Positions 28,845 to 40,380 of a stretch of DNA of 64,000 bases are shown here, piece by piece; the stretch's first letter is position 1, and every line of letters starts with the position of its first letter. The notes under the pieces are model-generated. The model made no database searches. It was not told the DNA's origin and worked only from the letters and a program-made list of their open reading frames with translations. This DNA is from Alphaproteobacteria bacterium (GTDB lineage: Bacteria > Pseudomonadota > Alphaproteobacteria > CALKHQ01): positions 736,001-800,000 of the forward strand of contig CBDDFZ010000002.1 of assembly GCA_965227515.1 (NCBI GenBank), in the 5' to 3' direction. Made by a program: the position numbers and the translations under genes.

Positions 28845-30683
28845 ATGACCGAACGCGTTGTTGCCGTTGTCCAGGCCCGCATGGGCTCGTCGCGCCTGCC
28901 CGGCAAGTCGCTGATGCCGCTGGTCGGCAAGCCGCTGTTCTGGCACGTCTGGACGCGGCTGAGCGCCGCCGAGACCGTGGACGAGATCGTGCTCGCCACC
29001 AGCGACCAGGCCCAGGACGACACGCTGGAAGATTACGCGCGCAGTCTGGGGTGCACGGTTGTGCGCGGGCCGGCCGACGACGTGCTGGCGCGCTACGTGA
29101 TGGCGGCGGATGTCGCCAATGCCGACATCGTGGTCCGCGTGACCGGCGATTGCCCGCTGGTCGACCCCTGGCTTGTCGACTACCTGGTCGCCGGCCTGGC
29201 CGCCAGCGATGCCGGTTATGTGACGGTGACGCCGGATGGCGCGCTGATCGACGAGGGCATCGACCCCTGCCGCGCCTGGGCTCTGCGCCGGTTGCGGGCC
29301 GAGCGGGGCGACGACCCCGTCGCGCGCGAGCATGTGACCAGCTATTTCAAGCGCCAGCCCCACTTCGTGCCGGTGGTCGCGCTGGCGGCGCCTGCCGACC
29401 GCGACGTGCCGGGCGCACGGCTGTCGGTGGACACGCCGGCCGATCTCGTCTTTCTGGACGCTGTCTACGACCGACTCGGGGCCGCCCCCGGCACCGCGCG
29501 CGTCGCGGATATCGTTTCGCTCTTGCGTCGCGAGCCTCAGTTGATGCGCATCAACGGGCACGTGGCACGCAAGGCCACGGAGACACAGGCAATGAAAGTG
29601 CTGATCCGCTGTGACGGCGACAACGCCGTCGGCATGGGCCATGTGGTGCGGTGCGTCGCGATTGCCGATGCGCTGCGGTCCGCCCATGGCGCCGCGGTCA
29701 GTTTCGCCGTGGTCACCGGAACGCCCGCTGCCGAGATGATCGCGGCACATGGCTTCAGGGTCGAAACGCCAGGCAACGCGCAAGGTGACGAGAATGCTTG
29801 GCTTGACGGGCTGGCAGGCGACCTGCGCCCCGACGTGCTGCTGGTCGATGTCCGCAGTGATCTGGGTCCGGACACGCTGCGCCGCATCGGTGCCCGTGGG
29901 GTGACCGTCGCGGTGCTGGACGATGCCGGGCCGCGCAGCCGCGCCGCCGACATCGCGTTCTATCCGCCGCTGCCGCGCGAACTGGCGCTGGATTGGCCGG
30001 CGTTCGGCGGCGATGTGCGCTCGGGCTGGGACTACATCCCCATGCGCCGTGGCTTTGCCGAGGCGGCCGAGGCTCGTGCCGCCAGGGTGGCCCAGGCATC
30101 GGACGGTGCGACGCCCGCCACGCCGGTCCGGGTGCTGGTCAGCATGGGCGGCGGCGACCCGACCGGGGCTACGGCGGCCGCACTCCGCGCGCTTTCGCGC
30201 AGCAAGCAGCCGCTGGAGATCGTGGCCGTGCTGGGCCATGCGTTCGCCGATCATGCCGCCGTCATGGATGCGGCGGCGGCCAGTTGCTGGCCGGTCGAAA
30301 TTCGCACCGGCGTGGAGGACATGCCGGGCCTGATGGCGGACATGGACTGTGCCGTCGCCGCGTTCGGCATGACAGCCTATGAACTTGCCGCCGTTGGCGT
30401 GCCGGCACTCTATGTATGTGCGACCGCGGATCACCGCCGTTCGGCCATGGCGCTGGAGCAGGCGGGCGCGGCGGCGGTTGCCGGCATTCTCGCCGACGGT
30501 CCGGACGCCATCGATGTCGACGGCGCACGCTACGGCGACATGGTGCGGGCCTTCGTCGGCGACCGTACCGCGCATCGTCGGATGGCCGCGGCGGCCCGTG
30601 GCCTGATCGACGGCCGGGGCGCCGAGCGTATCGCCGATGTGCTGGCGGGCCTGCGGTCGCGGCGGCTGACCGTCGCTGCCTGA
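28845..30683 (+). CDS. Fusion of an SpsF-like cytidylyltransferase and a PseG/SpsG-like nucleotide-sugar hydrolase
   Basis: N-terminal QARMGSSRLPGK, RVTGDCPLVDP, REHVT, RLSVDT; C-terminal RCDG..VGMGHVVRC, SMGGGDP, GMTAYE, IDGRGAERI. Confidence 0.88.
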   Translation: MTERVVAVVQARMGSSRLPGKSLMPLVGKPLFWHVWTRLSAAETVDEIVLATSDQAQDDTLEDYARSLGCTVVRGPADDVLARYVMAADVANADIVVRVTGDCPLVDPWLVDYLVAGLAASDAGYVTVTPDGALIDEGIDPCRAWALRRLRAERGDDPVAREHVTSYFKRQPHFVPVVALAAPADRDVPGARLSVDTPADLVFLDAVYDRLGAAPGTARVADIVSLLRREPQLMRINGHVARKATETQAMKVLIRCDGDNAVGMGHVVRCVAIADALRSAHGAAVSFAVVTGTPAAEMIAAHGFRVETPGNAQGDENAWLDGLAGDLRPDVLLVDVRSDLGPDTLRRIGARGVTVAVLDDAGPRSRAADIAFYPPLPRELALDWPAFGGDVRSGWDYIPMRRGFAEAAEARAARVAQASDGATPATPVRVLVSMGGGDPTGATAAALRALSRSKQPLEIVAVLGHAFADHAAVMDAAAASCWPVEIRTGVEDMPGLMADMDCAVAAFGMTAYELAAVGVPALYVCATADHRRSAMALEQAGAAAVAGILADGPDAIDVDGARYGDMVRAFVGDRTAHRRMAAAARGLIDGRGAERIADVLAGLRSRRLTVAA

Positions 30684-30691
30684 GGCGCACC

Positions 30692-31639
30692 ATGTCGGCA
30701 CAGCCGAATCCCGGACGCGATATGCATGGCTCCGACGCGCATGACGGGCCCGTCATTGCCGCCAAGGACGACTTCCATGTCGTCGACTGCCACGGGTGCG
30801 GATACGCCCATGTGGTGCCGATGCCCGACGAGGCGGCGCTGAGCCAGCTCTATCGCCACGACTTCTACGACCGCGACAAGCCGCTTTATCTGGAACGCTA
30901 CGCCGAGGATCGCGACTGGTGGCAGGCGGTCTATGCCGAGCGCTACCAGGTGTTCGAGGGCCATTTGCCTGCGGACCGCAGGCGCGTGCTCGACGTCGGC
31001 AGCGGGCCGGGCCTGTTCCTCGACACTGGCGTTGCGCGCGGCTGGACCGTGCATGGCATCGAGCCGGGCGAACAGGCGGTGGCGCACTGCCGGGCGCGCG
31101 GCCTGGTCGTGACGGGCGGCCTGTTCGACGATGCCAGTGCCGCCGACCTGGACCGGTTCGACGCCGTGCACATGGCGCTGGTGCTGGAGCACGTGCCGGA
31201 CCCCGGGGCGATGCTGCGCCGGGCGGTCGGCGTGCTGGCACCGGGCGGGGTTGCCTGCATCGTGGTGCCCAACGACTTCAATGCCTTGCAGACGGCTGCC
31301 CTGGGCGCGACCGGCGGTGTGCCGTGGTGGGTGGCGCCGCCGCATCACCTGAACTACTTCACGCCGCAGAGCCTTGAGCGCCTGGCCCGCCGTGCCGGTC
31401 TTGAGGTCGTGGCGCGGACCGCGACCTTCCCCATGGAGCTGTTCGTGCTGATGGGCGACAACTATGTCGGCGACGATGCCCTGGGCCGCGCCTGCCACGG
31501 CAAGCGCAAGCGCCTGGAGATGGCGGTGCGCGAACATGCGCCGGCCGGCACGCTTGCCAATCTCAACCAGGCGTTCGCGGATGCGGGCCTGGGCCGCGAG
31601 ATCGTGCTCTACGCCCGGCGTCCCGCCGCCGACGCATGA
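30692..31639 (+). CDS. Class I SAM-dependent methyltransferase
   Basis: CxxC (DCHGCG), VLDVGSGPG, VLEHVPDP, VPND, PHHLNYF. Confidence 0.88.
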   Translation: MSAQPNPGRDMHGSDAHDGPVIAAKDDFHVVDCHGCGYAHVVPMPDEAALSQLYRHDFYDRDKPLYLERYAEDRDWWQAVYAERYQVFEGHLPADRRRVLDVGSGPGLFLDTGVARGWTVHGIEPGEQAVAHCRARGLVVTGGLFDDASAADLDRFDAVHMALVLEHVPDPGAMLRRAVGVLAPGGVACIVVPNDFNALQTAALGATGGVPWWVAPPHHLNYFTPQSLERLARRAGLEVVARTATFPMELFVLMGDNYVGDDALGRACHGKRKRLEMAVREHAPAGTLANLNQAFADAGLGREIVLYARRPAADA

Positions 31640-32496
31640 GACGGCGAATGACATCCACGGTCACACCTGTCTTTTTCGTCGGCAGCGGTCGCTGCGGCAC
31701 GGCGGCGATCGCCCGGGCGTTGGACGGACGTGACGATATCGAGATCCACCACGAATACCTCTGCACCCATGTGCAGCCGCTGGCGGTGGAGTACTACAGC
31801 GGGCGGATCGACACGCCGGCGGCGGTCCAGGCGCTGGCGCCGCTGCACGGCCGGGCCATCCAGTTGTGCGACCGGCCGTTGTGGGCGGACTGCTCCAACA
31901 AGTTGAGCTGGCTGATCCCGCCGCTGGCCGCCATGTTCCCGCACGCGCGGTTCGTCCACCTGGTGCGCGACGGACGCAAGGTTACAAGCTCATACTTCAA
32001 CAAGCTTGGCGCGGAATGCTATGATGACCGCAGCACCGCCATACTGGCCCGCTACCTGGCGGGCGAGGGCGGCAAGCCGCCGCCAGAGAAGCGGTATTGG
32101 TGGCCGCAGCCGCAGGCTGGTCACAAGCTGCGGGACGCCTTCAACGGATATGACCAGTTTCAGCGCATTGCCTTCCATTGGGCCGAAGTCAATCTCGTGA
32201 TCGACGGACATCTTTCCGGCCTGACATCGCCGCAATGGGCCCGCTTCCGCCTGGAAGACCTGCACGAGGACCCGACCGAGGTATCGCGGCTGATGGATTT
32301 CGTCGGCCTGGATGGCACGGCGGAGGTGGCGGCGCAATTGGCGCGTCCGCACAATGTCGCGGTTCCGCGCGACACCCTGCTGACCGACCGGCAACGCGCT
32401 CAGTTCGATGCCATCGCCGGTGACGCGATGGCATCGCTTGGCTACGCGGATTCACCTGAGTACCGGGTCAATTACGCGGGGCGGATGCACGCCTGA
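31636..32496 (+). CDS. Sulfotransferase family protein
   Basis: 5'-PSB-like FFVGSGRCGT, HE, and 3'-PB-like FVHLVRDGRKVTSS; FRLEDL; overlaps the upstream stop. Confidence 0.8.
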   Translation: MRRRMTSTVTPVFFVGSGRCGTAAIARALDGRDDIEIHHEYLCTHVQPLAVEYYSGRIDTPAAVQALAPLHGRAIQLCDRPLWADCSNKLSWLIPPLAAMFPHARFVHLVRDGRKVTSSYFNKLGAECYDDRSTAILARYLAGEGGKPPPEKRYWWPQPQAGHKLRDAFNGYDQFQRIAFHWAEVNLVIDGHLSGLTSPQWARFRLEDLHEDPTEVSRLMDFVGLDGTAEVAAQLARPHNVAVPRDTLLTDRQRAQFDAIAGDAMASLGYADSPEYRVNYAGRMHA

Positions 32497-33661
32497 TGAG
32501 TTCGTGGTGCGCGTCTTGCGGGTCGGCCAGGCTGACCGTCGCCTATCGTGTTCCGAGCACAGCGCGCGGGCTGAGCGTGTGCGTGTGCGAGCGCTGCGGC
32601 CTGATCCAGAGCTGGCCGCGCGGCGTGCCGGCGCCGGACGGGCAGGTGCGGGTGTCGGGCCAGGCCGACTGGGGCAATATCCGCTATGGCAAGGGCTTCC
32701 GCTCCGAAGCCGCGATGCAGCGCATCGTCGCCGCGAGCGAAGGCCGCGGTTTCGGCGCGATCCTGGATGTCGGCGCCAACCGTGGCGAGTTCGTGCTGGC
32801 GGCGGCCGACCGCTGGCCGCAGGCGCGCATCGTGGCGGTCGAGCCGGATGCCCGGGTGCTGGACGCCTATTGGCGCCGGCCGGAGATCGAATTGATCGTC
32901 GAGCCGTTCGAGGCGGTGGATGCGGGCGTTGCCGGCTACGACCTGATCCATTGCAGCCACACCCTTGAGCATGTGGACGACCCGATAACTGCGCTGCGCA
33001 AGATCGGGGCGGCGCTCGCGCCGGACGGCATCGCCTATCTGGAAGTGCCGAACGTGGGCATGGCCGGCAGCGGCGAGGCGCTGGAGGAGTGGTTCATCGA
33101 CAAGCACCAGATTCACTTCGACGCGGCGAGCTTTGCGGCAATGGTCGCAGCGGCGGGCATGTGCCCTGCCGATGCCGAAGGCCTGGTCGAGGACGAGAAT
33201 TTGGCCGTGCTGGTGCGACGAGGCGCATGGCAAGGGTTGCCAGAGCAGTCCGGCGACGCAGCCCGAAGATCGCGCGGCCTGGTACAGCGCTATGCGGTGC
33301 AGCGCGCCGCCAATCTGGTCTTCCTGGCCAAGGCGGCCAAGACGTTGAACGACGAGGCGCGCACGCGCCGTATCGTGGTCTGGGGCGCCGGCCGGCTGTT
33401 CGACACGTTGGTGCGGGGCGGCGGGCTCGATCCCCGGGCTCTCGCCGGCGTGGTCGACCGCAGCCTTGGTGCGCACGTGAAAGAGGTGCATGGCCTGCCC
33501 ATCACGACGCCTGACCGGGCCGCCGGCCTGAAGCCGGATGTCATCGTCATCGCCTCGCGCGGCTTCGTCGACGAAATCCGTGCCGACGCCGAACGCGCTT
33601 GCCCGCAGGCGGAGCTCAGGACTATGTGGGAGCTGATGGCGGCAGAGCAGGGCAGGGGCGC

Positions 33662-33665
<4 letters not shown>
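32496..33665 (+). CDS. SAM-dependent methyltransferase with N-terminal Zn-binding Cys pairs and a C-methyltransferase-like C-terminal domain
   Basis: CASC...[35 protein letters not shown]. Confidence 0.8.
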
Positions 33666-35365
<1,700 letters not shown>

Positions 35366-35370
35366 AGCCG

Positions 35371-35392
35371 GCGTCGCCAACGACGCGTTTTT
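35371..35392 (+). terminator. Probable Rho-independent terminator after glnS
   Basis: GCGTCG-CCAA-CGACGC followed by GTTTTT. Confidence 0.6.
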
Positions 35393-35408
35393 ATCCTGTT
35401 CCCAATCA

Positions 35409-35498
35409 CGTCATCCTCGGGCTTGTCCCGAGGATCCACGTCTTTGTTGCGGCAGTCGATGACAGACGTGGATGCCCGCAACAAGTGCGGGCATGACG
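35409..35498. repeat. REPIN-like element, family C, copy 1
   Basis: CGTCATCCTCGGGCTTGTCCCGAGGATCCACGTC ... GACGTGGATGCCCGCAACAAGTGCGGGCATGACG. Confidence 0.88.
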
Positions 35499-35637
35499 AT
35501 CTCCTGATAGAAAAGGCGTCGACGACCCGGAACGGCATTCACTGCGGGAGGGCGAATGCACACCGAAACCGGGCCGCCGACAGGGGCCCGCCTTGGCATC
35601 ATGCCTTGGCGGGTTGCGCAAGTTGTCCGGTCTCGGG

Positions 35638-36729
35638 TTACTTCCAGCCGACGCGGTCGAAGATCATGACGGCGGCGGCGTTGTTCTCGCCAAGCGCGGT
35701 CAGCGACAGCGCATCGGTGTTGAAGGTCTCGTCCACACCGCCCGCTGCCATCAGCTCAAGCACGGTTTCGTTGGTCTCTGCACCCTCGACCACCGGCAGC
35801 TCGTAGTTGCCCGAGGCGAAATAGGCCTGCGCCTCCGGGCTCGCCAGGTACTCCAGGAACTGGACCGCATTGTCGTGATTCGGTGACGTGGCAACCACCC
35901 CGGCGCCGGAGATGTTGACGTGGGTGCCGCGCCCGTCCTGGTTCGGGAAGATCGGGCTCAAGGCCGCGACGATGGCCTGGATCTCCGGATCCTCGTCCAG
36001 CATGTAACGCACGAAGTAGTAGTGGTTGGAGACCGCGATGTCGCACTCGCCATTGGCGGCGCCGGCGAGCTGGGCGCGGTCGTTGCCTTCCGGCTCGCGG
36101 CCCATGTTGGCGACCACGCCGGTGGCCCATTCCTCCGCCGCTTCCTCGCCGTGGACAGCGATCATCGAGGCGAGCAGGGACTGGTTATAGATGTTGCCGG
36201 AGCTGCGGATGCAGATGGTGTAGCCGAGGTCCGGGTCGGCCAGGTCTTCGTAGCTGGTGATCCCCGACGGATCGACGGTGTCGTGGTTGTAGAAGATGAT
36301 CCGCGCGCGCTGCGACAGGCCGAACCACAGCCCTTCCGGATGGCGCAAATTCTCCGGGATCGCGGCGTTCAGCACGTCGGACTGTACCGGCGCCAGGATG
36401 CCTGCTTCAGCTGCGCGCCATAGCCGGCCGGCATCGACGGTGATGAACACGTCGGCCGGGCTGTTGTCGCCCTCGAGCTGGATGCGCTCGATCAGCTCGT
36501 CGGCGCCCGCCTCCAGCAGATTGACCTCGATGCCGGTTTGCGCGGTGAAGTTCTCGTAGAGCGCCATGTCGGTGTCGTAGTGGCGCGCGCTGTAGACATT
36601 CACCTCACCGTCCGCGAAGGCGGAACCGGTGGCCAGAACCGCGGCCAGGGTCAGGCCCGCCAGGGCGGTATTGGCGCCCAGTCGGCCATGAAGGCACCTG
36701 CGGCTGGGTTGATTTTCGGTCCGGGTCAC
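35638..36729 (-). CDS. Fe(3+) ABC transporter substrate-binding protein (FutA/FbpA family)
   Basis: Signal peptide; VNVYSARHY, SPADVFITVDAG, IRSSGNIYNQSL, NHYY, GTHVNISGAG. Confidence 0.92.
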   Translation of the reverse strand: MTRTENQPSRRCLHGRLGANTALAGLTLAAVLATGSAFADGEVNVYSARHYDTDMALYENFTAQTGIEVNLLEAGADELIERIQLEGDNSPADVFITVDAGRLWRAAEAGILAPVQSDVLNAAIPENLRHPEGLWFGLSQRARIIFYNHDTVDPSGITSYEDLADPDLGYTICIRSSGNIYNQSLLASMIAVHGEEAAEEWATGVVANMGREPEGNDRAQLAGAANGECDIAVSNHYYFVRYMLDEDPEIQAIVAALSPIFPNQDGRGTHVNISGAGVVATSPNHDNAVQFLEYLASPEAQAYFASGNYELPVVEGAETNETVLELMAAGGVDETFNTDALSLTALGENNAAAVMIFDRVGWK

Positions 36730-36825
36730 TGTTGCTGTCCTTTCGTCGCGCGGTGTTGGCGGCGCATTTCTGTCGTGCCTCGCGTGGCCGGAATGCTCCG
36801 CTCATCACCGTCAGAAACTGTTGGT

Positions 36826-36848
36826 ATGAGAATGATTATCACTCTCAT
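36826..36848. promoter_or_regulatory. Fur-type iron box
   Basis: ATGAGAATGATTATCACTCTCAT is a near-perfect palindrome; its 19-bp core matches GATAATGATAATCATTATC at 15/19; upstream of the Fe-binding protein. Confidence 0.8.
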
Positions 36849-36988
36849 AGAGCAACTGGTATCCGACCCGCGCACCGGATGCAAACGAAAATTATTCTCA
36901 AAATCACCAAGCAAGAATCGGAATGCGATCGTCCGCGATCTGTGGCACTTGGGCGGCTTCGTCGTTCCCGCCCACCCGCCGAGTGCCG

Positions 36989-37951
36989 ATGCCGTCCCAA
37001 CCGCCCGCGATGCCACAGGCTGCCCGCCCGCAGATGGGTCTCGGCGAATGGGCGCTGCTGATCCTGCTCGCGGCGGTGTGGGGCGGGTCGTTCTTCTTCG
37101 TTGCCGTGGCGGTGAAGGAGTTTCCGCCGCTGACCGTGGTGCTGCTGCGGGTCGCCCTCGCCGCGCTGACGCTGCACGTGCTGGTGCGCCTGTTTCGGGT
37201 GGCGCTGCCGCGCGCGCCGCAGATATGGGGTGCCCTGTTCGTCATGGGCTTCGTCAACAACGCGGTGCCGTTCACCCTGATCGTGTGGGGCCAGACCCAT
37301 ATCGGCGCCGGACTCGCGTCCATCATCAATGCGACCACGCCGCTGTTCACCGTGCTGGTGGCGCACGTGGCGACCAGCGACGAGAAGCTGTCGCCGGGCC
37401 GGCTCGCCGGGATTGGCTGCGGGCTGGCCGGCGTGGTGGTGATGATCGGCCCGGATGCGCTCGCCGGGCTGGGCGGCGACGTGTTCGGCCAGATCGCCAT
37501 TCTGGGGGCCGCGCTGAGCTATGGCATCGCCGCCGTCTACGGGCGCCGTTTCAAGCGCATGGGCGTGGCGCCGATGGCGACCGCGACCGGCCAGGTCACC
37601 TGCTCGACCCTGATCCTGCTGCCGTTGGCGCTGGCGGTGGACCAGCCATGGACGCTGGCGATGCCGTCCTGGCAGGCGTGGGGCGCCGTGCTGGGCCTGA
37701 GCGTGGTGGCGACCGCGCTGGCCTATCTGATGTTCTTCCGGCTGCTGGCCAGTGCCGGCGCCACCAACATCTCGCTGGTGACGCTGCTGGTGCCGGTCAG
37801 CGCGATCCTGCTCGGCGCGCTGGTGCTGGGCGAGCGCCTGGGCGCGGCCGAGTTCGGTGGGCTGGCGCTGATCGCGCTGGGACTGGCGGCCATCGACGGC
37901 CGGCCGATAGGTTGGCTGCGGCGCGGGCGCGCGACGACAAGTCCAAGGTAG
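36989..37951 (+). CDS. DMT/EamA family transporter
   Basis: WGGSFFF, NNAVPFTLIVWGQ..I.AGLASIINATTPLFT; about 10 TM segments; start approximate. Confidence 0.9.
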   Translation: MPSQPPAMPQAARPQMGLGEWALLILLAAVWGGSFFFVAVAVKEFPPLTVVLLRVALAALTLHVLVRLFRVALPRAPQIWGALFVMGFVNNAVPFTLIVWGQTHIGAGLASIINATTPLFTVLVAHVATSDEKLSPGRLAGIGCGLAGVVVMIGPDALAGLGGDVFGQIAILGAALSYGIAAVYGRRFKRMGVAPMATATGQVTCSTLILLPLALAVDQPWTLAMPSWQAWGAVLGLSVVATALAYLMFFRLLASAGATNISLVTLLVPVSAILLGALVLGERLGAAEFGGLALIALGLAAIDGRPIGWLRRGRATTSPR

Positions 37952-37973
37952 CGGCCGGCGCCGGTTCGCGACC

Positions 37974-38681
37974 CTACTGCGAGATCAGGTCGGAGTGGGC
38001 CACTTCCAGGTGGTCGCAGATCAGCCGCTGCGCCGCGGTCGAGTCGCGGCTGCGGATTGCTTCCAGCAACGCGCGATGCTGCTTGTTGTAGGCGGCCATG
38101 CGGGCGGCGGTCAGCACGCGGTCCTTGGCGGTGCGCCACTGGGTGTGGCCGCGCACGTGGTTGATTTGGCGGTAGATCAGCACCATCAGCGGATTGTGGG
38201 TGGCTTCGGCCATCAGCAGGTGGAAGCGCTGGTCCCAGTGGGTGAACGACTCCGGGTCGATGGCGAGTTCCAGCTGCTCGACGGCCGCCGTGAGCTGGCC
38301 GATGTCGCGCATGGTGGCGTTGCGCACAGCCAGCTCGATCATCGCCGGCTCGACGGTCTGGCGCACCTGGACCAGTTCGGTCGGGCTGGTGATCTCCGCG
38401 ATGTCGGCGTCGGCCGGCTGGCCGGAGAAGGTCACGAAGGTGCCCGAGCCGACCCGGCGCTCGATGAACCCGTCTTCCTCAAGGTGCTCCAGTGCCTTGC
38501 GCACCGTGCCCCGCGAGCTGCCGTAGGTCAGCGCCATCTGGCGTTCCGCCGGCAGCCGCTCGCCGAAGCCGTAGACGCCGTCGATAATCGACTGCCTGAG
38601 TTTCAGCTTGATCCAAGCTGTTCCCTTGCGGTCGCCCGCAACCGCGTCTTCGGCCGCCGGCGGCCTGACCATCTTGTTCAT
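37974..38681 (-). CDS. GntR/FadR family transcriptional regulator
   Basis: wHTH RLPAERQMA...SRGTVRKAL...RRVGSGTFV; FCD domain DQRFHLLMAEATHNP; divergent from the methylamine cluster. Confidence 0.92.
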   Translation of the reverse strand: MNKMVRPPAAEDAVAGDRKGTAWIKLKLRQSIIDGVYGFGERLPAERQMALTYGSSRGTVRKALEHLEEDGFIERRVGSGTFVTFSGQPADADIAEITSPTELVQVRQTVEPAMIELAVRNATMRDIGQLTAAVEQLELAIDPESFTHWDQRFHLLMAEATHNPLMVLIYRQINHVRGHTQWRTAKDRVLTAARMAAYNKQHRALLEAIRSRDSTAAQRLICDHLEVAHSDLISQ

Positions 38682-38812
38682 GGCACGTGTCCCCTGCGAT
38701 GTGCCCGGCCGTCTATACGGCCCGCCGTCCTGATGTCGCATGCACTGCGCCTGGGCACGAGTGCCCAAACATTGAGCCGGATTATGGACCAATTTGGACC
38801 GAATGCAACATC

Positions 38813-38826
38813 TGGTACAAAATTGG
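38813..38826. promoter_or_regulatory. Putative FadR-type operator
   Basis: TGGTACAAAATTGG, 13/14 identical to TGGTCCAAAATTGG at 41068-41081; TGGACC repeats at 38785-38800. Confidence 0.55.
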
Positions 38827-38938
38827 CTAGCTGAATTGCGCAACTGCTTATACCATTTCTCAAGCGATACGGGCCGCCGGATGGCCGGCGCGCCTGCACG
38901 AGGGATAGCGCCCGAAAGGGACAACCCGAGAGGGACCA

Positions 38939-40282
38939 ATGGCTCTGCCGTCATCTGCCACCTACGTCATCATCGGCGCCGGAATTCACGGCCTCAGCAC
39001 CGCCATGCACCTGGCGCGCGCGTTGAAGGCCAAAGGCAAGGGCGATGGCAGCGACATTCTGGTGATCGACAAGTCGGGCATCGCCGCCGGCGCCTCCGGC
39101 ATCGCCTGCGGCGTCATCCGCAACAACTACTACCAGCCGGCGATGCGCGAGCTGATGGCGCATTCCGTCGATGTCTGGGAAAGCGACCCGAAGGCCTATA
39201 GCTATCACCCGGTCGGCTACATGCAGATCAGCCCCGAAGTGATGCACGCCCAGGTCGGCGAGATCTTCGAGCAGCAGCGCGCCATCGGCTATGCCTCGGA
39301 CTTCATCGAGGGGTCGGCTGCCTGCACCGCCTATATGCGCGAGATCGTCAGCGACTGGCAGGCGCAGGGCATCACCAGCGTGCTGCACGAGAAGCGCGGC
39401 GGCTACGCCAACAACACTGCCTCCATCTATGGCCTCGCCGGCAAGGCGGAGGCCGAGGGCGTGCGCATCGCCACCGGCGTGACCGTAACCGGCTTCGCGC
39501 GCGCCAACGGGTCGGGCGCCGTCACCGCGGTGGAGACCGACAAGGGCGCGATCGCCTGCGAGCAAGTAGTGGTCGCCGCCGGGCCGTGGGTGAAGACGTT
39601 TTGGGACATGCTCGACCTGCCGAAGACCGTGGATGTGCGCGGCCCCAACGGCGAGATCGCGTCGGGCATCGACATGTGGCGCTATTGGAGCCTGCAGGAG
39701 GGCACGCTCGGCGTCGACCCGGACCTGCAGAAGACCAACGAGGGCGGCATGCCACCGGTGATCCATGTCGATACCGACGCGCCGCTCTATTCCGACGTCG
39801 ACGGCGAGCTGATCACCGACCAGCTCTGGGGCATATATTACAAGCCGGACTTCAATTTCGGCGGCATCCAGGGCGGGGCGATGCCGTTCCCGGTGCCGCG
39901 ACCGGCCGACGAGGTGGCGGTCGATCCCTACGGACCGGAGTCGCCGGAATTCGTGGTCGACGACCACTTCGCCCATATGTGGTGCTCGGCGCTGGCCCAC
40001 TGCCAAAAGCGGTTCGAGGGCCAGATCAAGTTCTACAAGGACGAGCCGTCGGGCGGCATCGGCTGCTTCACGCCGGACAGCTTCCCGGTGTTCGACCGGT
40101 TCTGCGACAACGCCTATTTCATCGCCGACTCCAACCACGGCTACAAGATGATCGGCGTCGGCGCGCTGGTGGCCGACGAGATGCTGGGCGGCCAGAGCGC
40201 GCTGTTGGAGCCGTTCCGCTTCTCCCGCTATGCCGAGGGCAAGCTGCACCCCACCTCGAACAGCCCGTTCCCGTGGAGTTGA
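38939..40282 (+). CDS. FAD-dependent oxidoreductase, DAO/sarcosine oxidase beta family (MgdA-like, putative N-methylglutamate oxidation)
   Basis: IIGAGIHG Rossmann motif, GASGIACG, FTPDSFP, HGYK; context of gmaS and mgsABC. Confidence 0.8.
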   Translation: MALPSSATYVIIGAGIHGLSTAMHLARALKAKGKGDGSDILVIDKSGIAAGASGIACGVIRNNYYQPAMRELMAHSVDVWESDPKAYSYHPVGYMQISPEVMHAQVGEIFEQQRAIGYASDFIEGSAACTAYMREIVSDWQAQGITSVLHEKRGGYANNTASIYGLAGKAEAEGVRIATGVTVTGFARANGSGAVTAVETDKGAIACEQVVVAAGPWVKTFWDMLDLPKTVDVRGPNGEIASGIDMWRYWSLQEGTLGVDPDLQKTNEGGMPPVIHVDTDAPLYSDVDGELITDQLWGIYYKPDFNFGGIQGGAMPFPVPRPADEVAVDPYGPESPEFVVDDHFAHMWCSALAHCQKRFEGQIKFYKDEPSGGIGCFTPDSFPVFDRFCDNAYFIADSNHGYKMIGVGALVADEMLGGQSALLEPFRFSRYAEGKLHPTSNSPFPWS

Positions 40283-40315
40283 TCGCATCCGGACGGATGC
40301 CTGCCGCGCGTTGCA

Positions 40316-40343
40316 TTGACCGACCCGTTGCGGGCCGTATGAT
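40316..40343 (+). promoter_or_regulatory. Putative sigma70 promoter of the 40381 gene
   Basis: TTGACC-N16-TATGAT; GGGAGG RBS at about 40370. Confidence 0.5.
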
Positions 40344-40380
40344 CACGGGCGGTTGACCTTGCATTAGGTGGGAGGCCGGG

